Notes: generated from the letters alone by a model not told the origin. A stretch of DNA of 64,000 bases from Breoghania sp. (GCF_030066895.1 NZ_JASJAV010000017.1:74026-138025); one strand, 5' to 3'; positions 1 through 10,843 are shown, counted from the first letter of the stretch. A program made the numbers and translations.

Positions 1-2139
1 AGGATCGGCAATCGCGCTGAAGGTCGAGACTGGATGGCCGCAGCCTCAGCTTGCCCTGATGGTCGACGGCAAGGGCCAGTCTGTCACCCCGCAGGCGGCA
101 CGGGCCGCGATCCCGCCCTCCGCCGGGCAGGCATCCGGTGCGGCCGGAACGGGACAGGCGACGGTTGCGCCGCAATCGGCACCGCAACCGGCTGTTCTCC
201 CACCCGTGTTGACATCCGGGGACGTCTTCACCGTGCGGGCGAGGGGGCAAACGGGACGGCCCGGTTCGCACCCGGGCAATCGGAGGTGACGGCCTGCCTT
301 CCCACGCCGCTCGATCTAGGCACACGCGTTCTTGCATTGAAGGTTGAGGCGGGCGGTACCAACACCCCGCGGCTTTCCATCGTGGTCGATGCCGAGGGTC
401 GCCCCGCGACACCCGACACCGTGCGCGCGCAGGTCGCCTCCGGACAGGTGCGCACGGGTTCCAGTTTTCCCGCACAGATAAGCTCCTCGCAAACAGCCGC
501 CTCGACGCAGACTGCACAGTAACCGTCCCTGAATGCCTCGACGGGCGATCTGGTACGCGCCCGCGTCCTCTCCCAGACGAGCGACGGCACGGCCCGGCTG
601 TCGATAGGTCGAGTGCAGGTCGAAGCGCGCCTGCCGGTCGCACTGGAACTGGGAGCTGCCGTGACCCTGAAAGTTGAGGCTGGGAAGGTCGAGGCCGGGA
701 AAATCTCGTTCGGCAATGCCGGAACAGGGGTTGCGACCGCAGGCAGTGTGGGCACCGGGACTGCGACGGCGGGGCAGGCTGCGCCACGTCTCTCCGTTCT
801 CGTCGATCCGCAGAGCCGCCCGCTTTCCGGCGATGTGACGCGCACCGTCAATGCTGTCCGGGTCCAGCCGGGCGTGGAGGCAACCGTCGTTTCTGGATCA
901 CGCACCTTGCCCGCATCCGGTTCGGTCGTGACCGCCCGCTTCCTGTCGCCCGCCGCAGACGGCATGACGCAGCTTTCCATCGGCAAGACGGTCGTCAAGG
1001 TCCCGCTGGCAACGCCGCCGGAACCGGGCTCGACGGTTCTGGTGAAGATCGAAGGGACGGGGACCGCGGCAGCGTCGACGGCAGTTGGCGCCCGGTCCGA
1101 AGCTTCGGCTGCGACAGGGGGGCGCAGGCCGTCCGCAGATCGCTCTTCTCACCGATCATCAGGGCCAACCGATTTCCGATGAGACCGCAAAAGCGATTGC
1201 GCAGTCTCGGGCACGCCTTCGGGGGAGGCGACAATCACCCGCAATGCTGCGTCCACCGAAGGGCGCACTGAGCTGCGTCCCGAAGTCCTGCAAAAGGCGG
1301 TCGATGATGCGCGTCCGCAGGTTGCCGCGCCACAGGATTCGATGGCTCCGCTTTTCGCCAACGCTGCCACCGGGCGCAACAATCCCTTGCCGCCAGTCTT
1401 GCAGCAGGTGGTGCGCGATCTTCTGAGGTTCCGGGTGCCGACGGACGGCCTGAGCGGAGACCAGTTACGCACCGCCGCCGGACAATCTGGGATTTTTAAC
1501 GAGGCCGAAGCCGCCGCCGCCAAGGTGCAGAACAAGGCCGCCGGCGCGCAGGCACGCCGCCGCCGCTGCCGCGCGCCGGAGGCCAGTTGCAGGGACAGCC
1601 GCCTGCCCAGGTGAGTCTCGCCGACGATGCCTCTCCCAAGCAGGCCGCGCGCGCTTCTGTCGGATACGGAGGCCGCGCTGTCGCGCATTGGCCTGTCGCA
1701 ATTTGCCTCGCACGGCTCCGCAACCGGGGCAGATGCCGCCCACGGACGCGCGGTGCAGCCTGCCCAATGGATCTTCGAAATCCCGCTCACCATGGAGACG
1801 GGAACGACGATGGCGCAATTCCAGATCACCCATGAGGATCAGAACGGCGGCGCCTACGATCAGCCTGAGGCGGCTGGGTGATGACTGCATTTCGCGCTCG
1901 ATCTGGAAGATACAGGGCCGGTCGAAAGCCTCGTTGCGCTGGGCGGTGCGGGAACGGCGGTGACGGTGTGGGCGGAGCGGCCCGATGTCGCGGCGACCTT
2001 GCGCGCGGGGGCGGACGAGCTTGCGGGCGTTCTGGAACTCTCCGAGATCGATGTCGCCAGCGTGCGGGTGCGCCAGGGTCTGCCCAAACGCAAGGCGGAG
2101 ACGGCGACCTCTGGTCGCTTTCTGGACCGGCGTACATGA
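1..2139 (+). pseudogene. FliK-like flagellar hook-length-control-family protein with N-terminal repeats; 5' end outside window; disrupted
   Basis: Fragments 34-522, 613-1182, 1342-1614 and 1627-1881 join through stops and frameshifts. Reading through TGA-TGA at 1879-1884 gives QWIFEIPL..AQFQI...G**LHFALDLEDTGPVESLVAL...VTVWAERPDVAATLRAGADELAGVLE...FLDRRT, a typical Flg_hook C-terminal domain. Final stop 2137-2139 overlaps the next ATG. Lesions: TAA 520-522, frameshifts near 1130 and 1570-1620, double TGA. Confidence 0.75.
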
Positions 2140-2420
2140 GCGACGAGATGAAAAAGGGCGATCCGAACTGGGTCGCGGTGGCTCTCAGAGACGACCATGT
2201 CGGCGCCCAGCGCGTGACGACAGCCAAGGGTGCCGGTCATGTAGCGGACAACATCCTGAAGCTTGCGCGCGAGAGCGGCGTGCCGGTGGAGGAGGACGCG
2301 ATCCTTGCCCAGGCACTGGCGCAATTGAACCTCGACGAGGATATCCCGGAGGAGCTCTACAAGGCCGTGGCGGTGATCATCGGCTTCATTCTGCGCAGGG
2401 GCGGCAAACAGCCCAAATAG
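2136..2420 (+). CDS. EscU/YscU/HrcU (FlhB C-terminal-only, FlhX/YlqH-like) export-switch protein
   Basis: MSDEMKK...AVALR....AQRVTTAKGAGHVADNILKLARESGVPVEED..LAQALAQLNLDEDIPEELYKAVAVIIGFI matches the FlhB-C family pattern. ATGA overlap with the upstream FliK-like gene. Confidence 0.85.
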   Translation: MSDEMKKGDPNWVAVALRDDHVGAQRVTTAKGAGHVADNILKLARESGVPVEEDAILAQALAQLNLDEDIPEELYKAVAVIIGFILRRGGKQPK

Positions 2421-2589
2421 GGAATGAATTGCGGGCTTCCACCGTATTTTGGCAACCCGTTGTGGGGCGTGTTTCAAGAACCTCTTGCAGCTTGACGAAA
2501 GACGCACTAGGCAACAGCAAAGCCCGCGCGCGACGAACCCATCGCCGCGCAGGCCCAACGCTTTGCCGCAGACAGGATCCTTTGCAGCC

Positions 2590-4074
2590 ATGACGATAGT
2601 CGATACCCGCACCCCCGACCCGAAGAAGTTCATCAAGGGCGACACGGGCGATTGGGAAATCGTCATCGGCATGGAGGTGCACGCGCAAGTCACCTCCAAG
2701 TCGAAGCTTTTCTCCGGGGCTTCCACCGAGTTCGGTCATGAGCCCAATTCCAACGTCTCGCTGGTCGACGCGGCCATGCCCGGCATGCTGCCCGTGATAA
2801 ACGAGGAATGTGTCAGGCAGGCGATCCGTACCGGTCTCGGCCTGAAGGCGGCGATCAACAACAAGAGCGTGTTCGATCGCAAGAACTACTTCTATCCGGA
2901 TCTGCCGCAGGGCTATCAGATCTCGCAGTTCAAGCAGCCGATCGTCGGCGAGGGTAAGATCCTGCTCGACATGTCGGAAGACGAGCAGGTGGAAATCGGC
3001 GTGGAGCGCCTGCATCTGGAACAGGATGCGGGCAAGTCGCTGCACGACCAGCACCCCTCCATGTCCTTCGTCGACCTGAACCGCTCGGGCGTGGCGCTGA
3101 TGGAGATCGTCTCCAAGCCGGATCTGCGCTCCTCCGACGAGGCCAAGGCCTATCTCACCAAGCTCCGGACCATCCTGCGCTATCTCGGCACCTGCGACGG
3201 CAACATGGAGCAGGGCTCGATGCGCGCCGACGTCAACGTCTCGGTTCGCAAGCCGGGCGGCGAGTTCGGCACGCGCTGCGAGATCAAGAACGTCAACTCC
3301 ATCCGCTTCGCCGGACAAGCGATCGAATACGAGGCGCGTCGCCAGATCGGCATTTTGGAGGACGGCGGCTCCATCGATCAGGAAACCTGCCTGTTCGATC
3401 CGGGCAAGGGCGAGACGCGCTCCATGCGCTCCAAGGAAGAGGCGCACGATTACCGCTACTTCCCCGATCCCGACCTGCTGTCGCTGGAATTCGATGACGC
3501 CTATGTCGATGCGCTGCGCGTTGGGTTGCCGGAGCTGCCGGACGAGAAGAAGAGCCGCTTCATCGCCGATTACGGCCTGTCGGCCTATGATTCCGACATT
3601 ATCGTGCAGGAGAAGGCATCTGCCGACTTCTTCGAGGAAGTCGCGAAGGGCCGTGACGCAAAGCTTGCCGCCAACTGGGTGATCAACGAGCTTTTCGCCT
3701 ATCTGCACAAGGCGGGCCTCGACGTTGCGACAAGTCCGATCTCCGCAGAACAGCTCGGTGGCATCATCGACCTGATCAAGGCTGGCGACATCTCCGGCAA
3801 GATCGCCAAGGATCTCTTCGAGATCGTGTGCGCGGAAGGCGACGATCCGAAGAAGATCGTCGAAGAACGCGGCATGAAGCAGGTCACCGACCTCGGCGCG
3901 ATCGAGGCGATGGTGGACGAGATCATCTCCGCCAATCCCGACAAGGCCGAACAGGTCAAGGAAAAGCCCGGTCTGCTCGGCTGGTTCGTTGGCCAGGTCA
4001 TGAAGGCGTCGAAAGGCAAGGCCAATCCGCAGGCGGTCAACGAGCTGCTGCACAAGAAGATCGGGATCGAATAG
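2590..4074 (+). CDS. gatB: Asp-tRNA(Asn)/Glu-tRNA(Gln) amidotransferase subunit B
   Basis: Motifs [69 protein letters not shown]. Intact. Start taken at the ATG of [10 protein letters not shown]. Confidence 0.98.
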   Translation: MTIVDTRTPDPKKFIKGDTGDWEIVIGMEVHAQVTSKSKLFSGASTEFGHEPNSNVSLVDAAMPGMLPVINEECVRQAIRTGLGLKAAINNKSVFDRKNYFYPDLPQGYQISQFKQPIVGEGKILLDMSEDEQVEIGVERLHLEQDAGKSLHDQHPSMSFVDLNRSGVALMEIVSKPDLRSSDEAKAYLTKLRTILRYLGTCDGNMEQGSMRADVNVSVRKPGGEFGTRCEIKNVNSIRFAGQAIEYEARRQIGILEDGGSIDQETCLFDPGKGETRSMRSKEEAHDYRYFPDPDLLSLEFDDAYVDALRVGLPELPDEKKSRFIADYGLSAYDSDIIVQEKASADFFEEVAKGRDAKLAANWVINELFAYLHKAGLDVATSPISAEQLGGIIDLIKAGDISGKIAKDLFEIVCAEGDDPKKIVEERGMKQVTDLGAIEAMVDEIISANPDKAEQVKEKPGLLGWFVGQVMKASKGKANPQAVNELLHKKIGIE

Positions 4075-4116
4075 GCAACAGGCGCTAGTCGCCCGTCCCT
4101 CCATTCCGCAAGATTA

Positions 4117-4140
4117 CCCCTCCCCCAATTGAGGGGAGGG
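4117..4140. repeat. REP-like purine/pyrimidine hairpin (CCCCTCCCC-loop-GGGGAGGG), possibly the gatB terminator
   Basis: cccctcccccaattgaggggaggg just downstream of gatB; resembles the hairpins at 20086-20200 and 42319-42359. Confidence 0.5.
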
Positions 4141-4391
4141 ACCTTTTGAGAAATGGAAATGAGGCGATCGATTCGCGTCCGGGTTCTGACGCGACCATTT
4201 TCGCATGCCCAGGTGCTGTGCATGCCTCAAATGAGGCAGAATGTCGTCAAACTTGCGCTACGGCAGGGCCGAACGCGCATTGGAATTCCTGAATCTTGCC
4301 ATGCCTTTGCCGTGTTCGTTTCCGATTTTCCTCGTCTAAAGCGAGACATAAGCGGATAAGAGCCTAATCCGACCGTATGTCGGTAACGGGT

Positions 4392-4416
4392 GGAACCAAC
4401 TCGCAATCGCCGCGTT
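4392..4416 (+). promoter_or_regulatory. Putative EcfG/sigmaT (general stress response) promoter upstream of opgG
   Basis: GGAAC (4392-4396) - 16 nt - CGTT (4413-4416) matches the alphaproteobacterial EcfG consensus GGAAC-N16/17-CGTT, about 135 bp before the opgG start. Confidence 0.55.
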
Positions 4417-4552
4417 GGCGTTGCAGGTCAAATGTTCGCTCAAAGAGAAATGAAGGCAACGAAGGGAACGGCAGGCGATCGATGGGACAATGCTTGTGCT
4501 GAAAGGCGCGTTCCCGAAACGTCAATGTTAAGCCCGACGGTCAGGTCTACAC

Positions 4553-6202
4553 GTGCGAGATAAGTCACTACTCAACATTGATCGACGTTTTTGTCTCAAG
4601 GTCGGAGCCGGTTTCATCGCCGCTTTGGTTGGCAGCGGAGCACTTCCCGCTTTCGCGGAGGACGCAACGCAGCCGGACAAGAACTCCGACGCAACCCGTG
4701 ACGTCGTCGGCGACAAGCAGGCCGACGGTGCCGATTCCGCCCCGTTCAACTGGGACTGGCTGGTCGCTCGCATGAAGGCGCGCGCTGATGCGCCCTATCA
4801 GGACGATCAGGGCACGCTGCCGGACATGGTGGCCGCTCTCGATTACGATAAGCATCGCCGGATCCGCTTCAAGCCGGATCATGCGCGCTGGCGCGACAGC
4901 AACCGCAATTTCGAGCTTCAGGCCTTCTATCCCGGGTGGCTGTTCGACAAGCCCGTACACTTGTTCGAGGTCGTGGACGGCAAGCTTCATCCGATGGCGT
5001 TCCAGGCGGACGACTTCGAATATCGCGAGCCGCTGGATGCGGAAGCCTTCGAGAAGGTGGATCTTCCCGGTGTTGCCGGTTTCCGGCTGCATTACCCGCT
5101 CAACCACTCCGACTATCGCGACGAGCTGGTTTCCTTTCTGGGCTCAAGCTATTTCCGGGTGCTCGGGCGCGGCAATGTCTATGGTCTGTCCGCCCGCGGC
5201 TTGGCGGTGGATACCGCGGCCGGTACCGCGGAAGAATTCCCGCGCTTCACCCGCTTCTATATCCAGCGGCCGGAACAGGGAGCGCGCGACATCCGCCTCT
5301 TTGCGGAGTTGGAAAGCGAGCGCGTGGTGGGCGTCTATGCCTTCACCATCACGCCCGGCGTGGAAACGGTTGTCGACGTTCAGGCCGCCATCTTCCTGCG
5401 CGATGCCGTGTCTCGTCTCGGCCTTGCGCCGTTGAGCTCGATGTATCTGTTCGGTGAGAACGATCACACCGGCTTCGACGATTTTCGCCCCGAGGTGCAT
5501 GACAGCGACGGGCTGGTCATCCTGCGCGCCAGCGGCGAACGCGTGTGGCGGCCACTGACCAATCCGGGCGAGCTTCAGCTCTCCGTCTTCAGCGAAGACA
5601 ATCCCGGCGGCTTCGGTCTTCTGCAGCGCGACCGCTCGCCCGACCACTATCTCGATACCGAGGCGTGCTACGAGCGCCGTCCCTCGGTCTGGATCGAGCC
5701 GGTTGGGGCATGGGGCAAGGGATCGGTATTCCTGGCGGAAATCCCCTCCAAGGAAGAAGTGCACGACAATGTCGTCGCCTTCTGGATGCCGGAAGACGGC
5801 CTGGAAGCCGGGTCGGAACACTGGCTGCATTATCGGATGCTGTGGGCGATGGAAGTGGAAGGCGATGTGCCCGTCGCCCGCGTGATCCGAACTCGAACCG
5901 GGCGCGGCGGTACGGGGTCCTCGGACGAGGATCCGGACTTCCGCAAGTTCCTGGTCGACTTTGCCGGTGAGCCGTTCGCCGGTCTTGGGGAGGATGCCGC
6001 CATGGAGGTGAAACTCCATGCGGACAACGGAAAGATAAAACATCAAATCCTGAACAAATTGCCGGGTAAGGACGTTTGGCGATTGATCGTGGACATAAGG
6101 CGCAAAGATACGGATAAGCCCATTGAACTCAATGCAGCGCTGTTCCTCGATGAAAAACGCCTCACGGAAACCTGGACATACCAATGGGGTCAAGCAGTAT
6201 GA
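4553..6202 (+). CDS. opgG: Periplasmic glucan biosynthesis protein OpgG/OpgD (MdoG family) with Tat-like signal
   Basis: GTG start; RRFCLK twin-arginine leader; motifs FLGSSYFR, YGLSARGLA, EEFPRF, FRPEVHDSDGL, GFGLLQRDR, E..DNVVAFW, TETWTYQW. Intact. Confidence 0.95.
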   Translation: MRDKSLLNIDRRFCLKVGAGFIAALVGSGALPAFAEDATQPDKNSDATRDVVGDKQADGADSAPFNWDWLVARMKARADAPYQDDQGTLPDMVAALDYDKHRRIRFKPDHARWRDSNRNFELQAFYPGWLFDKPVHLFEVVDGKLHPMAFQADDFEYREPLDAEAFEKVDLPGVAGFRLHYPLNHSDYRDELVSFLGSSYFRVLGRGNVYGLSARGLAVDTAAGTAEEFPRFTRFYIQRPEQGARDIRLFAELESERVVGVYAFTITPGVETVVDVQAAIFLRDAVSRLGLAPLSSMYLFGENDHTGFDDFRPEVHDSDGLVILRASGERVWRPLTNPGELQLSVFSEDNPGGFGLLQRDRSPDHYLDTEACYERRPSVWIEPVGAWGKGSVFLAEIPSKEEVHDNVVAFWMPEDGLEAGSEHWLHYRMLWAMEVEGDVPVARVIRTRTGRGGTGSSDEDPDFRKFLVDFAGEPFAGLGEDAAMEVKLHADNGKIKHQILNKLPGKDVWRLIVDIRRKDTDKPIELNAALFLDEKRLTETWTYQWGQAV

Positions 6203-6591
6203 GAGCCGAAATGTCTCAGCGCGAACACAGCTTCAACCCGGAAATGAGCGGTGCGGAAAGCATGTCGTGCGACGGTTTGCGCCAGGCGCTCGGGCGTCCG
6301 GATCTCGATGACGAAACGTTGCGCGACGCCGTGCGCGATGTCGTCATGGGATTGACGCGTTTTCGATCGCTGGATGGCAAGGATGATCTGATCGCGCGGG
6401 TTAGCCGCGGCGAGCTCGATGACGATCGCGCGCGCGCCGTCGTCTCCTGCCTGTGCATCCCCGCGTCCAGGGCGCCGCTTCTCATGCCGCTGCAGGTGCT
6501 GGAAGTGCCGCACGTGCCGCTGCTCGCGCGGCTTTTCGCATTCACGCGTAATTCCAGCCGTGTCCGTGTTCGGCAAAGGGTGCGGGGCTGA
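6199..6591 (+). CDS. OpgI-like small protein between opgG and opgH
   Basis: ATGA-coupled to the opgG stop. Contains IPASRAPLLMPLQVL, resembling the P..APL.MP.Q.L motif of OpgI and the MdoH N-terminus. Same position as opgI in Rhodobacter-type opgGIH operons. Confidence 0.55.
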   Translation: MRAEMSQREHSFNPEMSGAESMSCDGLRQALGRPDLDDETLRDAVRDVVMGLTRFRSLDGKDDLIARVSRGELDDDRARAVVSCLCIPASRAPLLMPLQVLEVPHVPLLARLFAFTRNSSRVRVRQRVRG

Positions 6592-6674
6592 TCCCGTCAT
6601 CCCGCCGAACTTGAACGGAGGTCCGCTCATCGCCCGTCCCTGACCGCGATGAGCGCCATTCGGAGTGCCATCCC

Positions 6675-8471
6675 ATGGAGTCTGGTCCCGGTAAGCCCGG
6701 TCTTCTTGAGACGTTGACGGTCGGACTGCGTCGGTCCGGCGCTATGATTCTGACCCTCGTGTTGACGATGGCAGCGGCGGCCATGTTCGTTTCTATCGCG
6801 GTTGCGGATGGCTTCGACTGGATGGACGTGGTGCGGGTGACGCTGGTCGCGTTCTGCGCCCTGTGGCTGTCCTGGGGCGCGTGTATCGCCGTTCTGGGAT
6901 TGTTGTTTGCGTCGGAAAAGGTTCTGCGGATCGAAGGCGCCCCCAGCGGGCGCACGGCGATCGTCGTTCCCATCTACAACGAGGCGGCCGACGCCGTTTT
7001 CGCCCGTATCGATGCGATGTATCGCGGGCTCAAGGACAAGGGCGTGCTCGACACGTTCGATTTCCACGTCTTGTCCGATTCCACCGAGGAAGAAGCGGTC
7101 GCCGACGAAAAGCGGCTCCATCGCCGGGCCGTGGCCGCGCTTGGCGCGGGCGGACGGCTTTTCTATCGCCACCGCTCGCCCAATACCGGGAGCAAAGTCG
7201 GCAATATCGGCGAATTCATCCGCGCCAACGGCGGCGCCTATGACTATATGCTGGTGCTGGACGCCGACAGCCTGATGATGCCGGAGACCATCGTGGAGAT
7301 GGTGTGCCGGATGGAGGCTGTCCCCGATCTCGGTCTGTTGCAGACGGTGCCGCTCATCATTGGTCGTCGCACGCTGTTCGGCCGCATGATCCAGTTCTCC
7401 GCCAACTTCTATTCCCCGTTCTTCTCTCGCGGCGTTACCGCTTTGCAGGGGCGGCAGGGGCCCTTCTGGGGGCATAACGCGCTGATCCGCATGCGGGCCT
7501 TTGCCGAAAGCTGCGGCCTGCCTGCGCTCGTCGGCAAGCCTCCTTTTGGCGGTGATATCCTCAGTCACGACACGGTCGAGGCCGCCATGCTGGCGCGCGC
7601 CGGCTGGCGCGTCCGTCTCGATCCCGATCTTGGTGGCTCCTACGAGGAAGCGCCCGCTAATCTTATCGAATACGCCAAGCGCGACCGCCGCTGGTGCCAG
7701 GGCAACCTGCAGCACGCGCGCGTGCTCGGGGCCCCGAAACTGAAGTTCTGGAGCCGCCTCAGCATCATTCAGGGCATCTTCGGCTATGTCGCCTCGCCGA
7801 TCTGGCTGCTGTTCCTGGTCGCCAGCGTGGCCGCGCCGCTGTTTGCGCCGCCGCCCGTCTACTTCATGTCGGACTCGCTCTTTCCCCGGTTCCCGCATCC
7901 GGAAACCGAAAAGGGACTGGCTCTGCTGTTCGGCGTCGTCGCCCTGCTGATCCTGCCCAAGGCGTTGCTGCTCATCCGGTCCGTTGCGACGGGGGAGGCG
8001 GGCGTCTACGGCGGCAGCATGCGCGCTTCGCTGTCCGCTCTGCTCGAACTGCTGCTCGCCTCGCTGCTGGCGCCGATCCACATGATGTTCCAGAGCCGGT
8101 CTGTCTATCAGGTTCTGTCGGGGGCAGATTTCGGCTGGCCGTCGAGCGACCGTGAGGACGGCTCCCTCGGCTTCCTTACCGCCTGGCAGGCAAGCTGGTG
8201 GATGGTCGCTTTCGGTGTCGGCACGATGGGCTTTGCCTACGAGTTCGCGCCTTCGCTTCTCGTCTGGCTGTGGCCCGTGGCCTTGCCGCTGGTCTTTGCG
8301 CCCGTCGTAATCTGGTGGACGGCCTCGCCCGATGCGGGCGGCAGTGCGCGCCGCCGCGGTGTCTTCCTCACGCCTCAGGAATGGCTCGAGGTCCCGGTGA
8401 TCTCTTCTGTGGCCCGTGCGCTCGACTACTACGCGGCAACGGAAGAAGAGCCCTTTCCGCAGGCGGCCTGA
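6675..8471 (+). CDS. opgH: Glucans biosynthesis glucosyltransferase OpgH/MdoH
   Basis: GT2 motifs VPIYNE, LSDS, KVGNI (consensus KAGNI), LDADSLM, FWGHNA, LSHDTVEA, RDRRWCQGNLQH; multiple TM helices. Intact. Confidence 0.95.
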   Translation: MESGPGKPGLLETLTVGLRRSGAMILTLVLTMAAAAMFVSIAVADGFDWMDVVRVTLVAFCALWLSWGACIAVLGLLFASEKVLRIEGAPSGRTAIVVPIYNEAADAVFARIDAMYRGLKDKGVLDTFDFHVLSDSTEEEAVADEKRLHRRAVAALGAGGRLFYRHRSPNTGSKVGNIGEFIRANGGAYDYMLVLDADSLMMPETIVEMVCRMEAVPDLGLLQTVPLIIGRRTLFGRMIQFSANFYSPFFSRGVTALQGRQGPFWGHNALIRMRAFAESCGLPALVGKPPFGGDILSHDTVEAAMLARAGWRVRLDPDLGGSYEEAPANLIEYAKRDRRWCQGNLQHARVLGAPKLKFWSRLSIIQGIFGYVASPIWLLFLVASVAAPLFAPPPVYFMSDSLFPRFPHPETEKGLALLFGVVALLILPKALLLIRSVATGEAGVYGGSMRASLSALLELLLASLLAPIHMMFQSRSVYQVLSGADFGWPSSDREDGSLGFLTAWQASWWMVAFGVGTMGFAYEFAPSLLVWLWPVALPLVFAPVVIWWTASPDAGGSARRRGVFLTPQEWLEVPVISSVARALDYYAATEEEPFPQAA

Positions 8472-8492
8472 AACCCGTTTTCCATAACAAAA

Positions 8493-8529
8493 GAGGCGGA
8501 GCTGCCCGACCCGGGCACGCTCCCGCCTC
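8493..8529. terminator. Stem-loop between convergent opgH and DUF2147
   Basis: gaggcggagctgccc / gggcacgctcccgcctc inverted repeat preceded by an A-run. Confidence 0.55.
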
Positions 8530-8560
8530 CTTCAATCCGCGTGATCGGCCGGCTGTTGCG

Positions 8561-9023
8561 CTAGCCGGACCCCGTCACTTCACCTGGCGCCCATCGCTGT
8601 ACCCGGCGCCAAGTTTCGCCCTTGCAGATCAATCCGCCCAGAACGCAACCGGACAGCTTGAGCTTGGTGTTCGTCACAAGCTCCATCTTGCCGGTATAGG
8701 TCTTGCCGTCCTCGGCATTGTAGACCTTGCCGCGCCAGGCATCGTCGCCCTTGGGCTTCATGCCGTAGATGGTGAGCACGCCCAGAAGCGGGCGACTGCG
8801 CTTGGCCGCATCCGGGTTGTGAACGCCCTTTTTGCCCTTGTCACGCAGCCAGACGAGCTTTCCGCACAAGGCGGTGCACACAGTCGGTAATGCGGATGCG
8901 GGAGCTTCCCGAAGGGCGTTCCCACGTGCCCTTTGCGTCTCCTGCGGCGGCGGTGCCGATCATCATCATGCCGCTGAGCACGACGGCGGCTGCAAGATGC
9001 AGGGCTTTCTTCGTTGTCTTCAT
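8561..9023 (-). pseudogene. DUF2147 domain exported protein, frameshifted
   Basis: Signal peptide plus GTWERPSGSSRIRI in the 8841-9038 frame switches near 8880 to LCGKLVWL...GKVYNAEDGKTYTGKM...LKLSGCVLGGLICKGETWRR in the 8561-8881 frame. Confidence 0.85.
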
Positions 9024-9465
9024 GATCTTCTCCTCCACGAACTCATTATTCTTTTGCTTGTTGGTTCACGGCCTACGATCCAGGCGATATCGGCATTTCT
9101 TTTGTTCTTCGCCGCGCATGCGGGGGGCGTTGAGGCGGGATCGATACGGGGCGGGAGAGCGATCGGGAGTTTTCCCCGTTGTTATCTGGATCGGAGTTTT
9201 CGACACGATCTGGCGCGATGGTTAGTGAATGGTGTTCGTTAATCAAACGTATTCATCGGTCGAATCCTGATTCAAATGGATAAATCTCCAGTGTTTTTTT
9301 ATAAGAGTCTTACGTTTACACTCTGTTTTTAAATTGTATTCTCTCTGTTAACTGAGAAAATTTACTCAAGCTTGAAGCCATTGGCCGAGACTTTCCCCTG
9401 TCAGAACGCAAACCGCAAAGACGGTTCTGGCAACAGGGACAGGCTTATTGCAAGGGGTGAAGACA

Positions 9466-9735
9466 ATGGCTTGCTTTGAGGTTCTGAGTGAAGACATGGC
9501 CGCGATGGGATCGCAGCAGATGAATGGCGAGATGCTCTATGAACTGGGCGTCAGCTACGCATCGGGCCGCGATGTGCCGGAAGATCTGGTGCTGGCCCAC
9601 AAGTAGTTCAATCTGGCGGCGATGAAGGGCTGTGGCGATGCTGCGCGCTATCGCAAGGAAATCGCGGAAGTGATGAGCTCTGCCGATATCGCCGAGGCCC
9701 AGCGCGCGGCCCGTGAGTGGCTGAGCATGCATTGA
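9466..9735 (+). pseudogene. Small Sel1-repeat protein with internal nonsense codon
   Basis: Not in the ORF track. MACFEVL...LYELGVSYASGRDVPEDLVLAHK*FNLAAMKG..DAARYRKEIAEVMS..DIAEAQRAAREWL. TAG at 9604-9606 replaces the conserved Trp of AHKWFN. Confidence 0.88.
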
Positions 9736-9971
9736 GCCGCGTCGCGCAAATGTACGCCGCCGGGCGGCGTGACTTTTGTCGACGACCCGGTGCCCGCCTC
9801 TGCGAGACGAACGAGCGGGCGCGGCAAGATGCGGTTAGCTTCCGTCAGGACGCGGAAACGCGAATGAATCCGGAGCGCAGTCTCGTCGGCCGTTGAGGCG
9901 GGCGAGGGGACTGCGCTTCGCGAACTGCCGGAAGGTCCGGCCATGCGCCCCGGAGGGGGCGTGCAATCTCC

Positions 9972-10843
9972 CTATTTCAGATATTCGGTTATGAACTGGC
10001 GGAAATGTTGGGCCGCCGGTGAGAGGTATCTGTCCTTCATCCAGGAAAGTAGGATGCTGCGCTTCATCTCGGGCGTGGCGATTCGTAGTCTGGCCAACCG
10101 CTCCGCTCTGCCGCTGCTCCACCAGAAGGCGGGCAACAGGGCAATGCCGACGCCCGCATCCACCAGATTGCCGATAACCTCCACATCCGCGCTTTCAAAC
10201 ACCACATTGGGCGTGAAGCCTGACGTCTCGCACAGATGGTCGAGCATGTTTCTCAGTCCGTCCTCGCGGGTGTAGCTGACGAACTTCTCCGGTGCGAGTT
10301 CGCGAAGGTCGATGATATCCCGCTCCGCCCAGGGGTGGTTTCGTCCGACCGACAGAAAGATCTCCTCCTTCAAAAGTTCCTGTAAGGCGACCTCCTTTCC
10401 CCCGGTGAGATCCGGATGGGCAGGGACGAGATGCAGAAATCGAATTCCCCGTCGCGCAGCTGATGGGCGATCTTGTGCAGGCCGAACACCTGAAACAGCT
10501 TGAACTTGATGTCCCGATACTTCGCCAGATAGTCCTCGAACAGATTGGGCAGGATCTGGGACTTCGTCACGCCCACGGTCACATGGCCGGAATTCTCGTT
10601 GGCCATGTCCTTCAGTTCCTGCCGTGCCTGATCGATCTCACCGAAAACGCTGCGAACCCTGCGCAGGAATGCGTGTCCGAACCGGTTGAGCTTGATCCGT
10701 CTGCCGTTGCGATCGAACAGCGGCACGCCGAGGTTCTGCTCAAGCTCGGCGATCGTCTTGCTCAAGGAAGGCTGGGCGATATGCAGCACTTCCGCAGCCC
10801 GCGTGATGATAACCTGAAACGACTTCAACTGCAACAGCCACAT
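9972..10843 (-). pseudogene. LysR-family regulator, frameshifted, apparent short in-frame deletion in the HTH
   Basis: HTH TRAAEVLHIAQPSLSKTIAELEQNLGVPLFDR (10370-10843) and substrate domain (9972-10373) lie in different frames, with the break near 10400. FQVI|ITRAAE lacks the usual ARxxH segment. Confidence 0.85.

Noticed and set aside
9240-9400. CtrA or sigma54 sites upstream of the Sel1 gene
   Set aside because: Only TTAA half-sites without correct N7 pairing; the TGGCA..TTGC spacing does not fit -24/-12.
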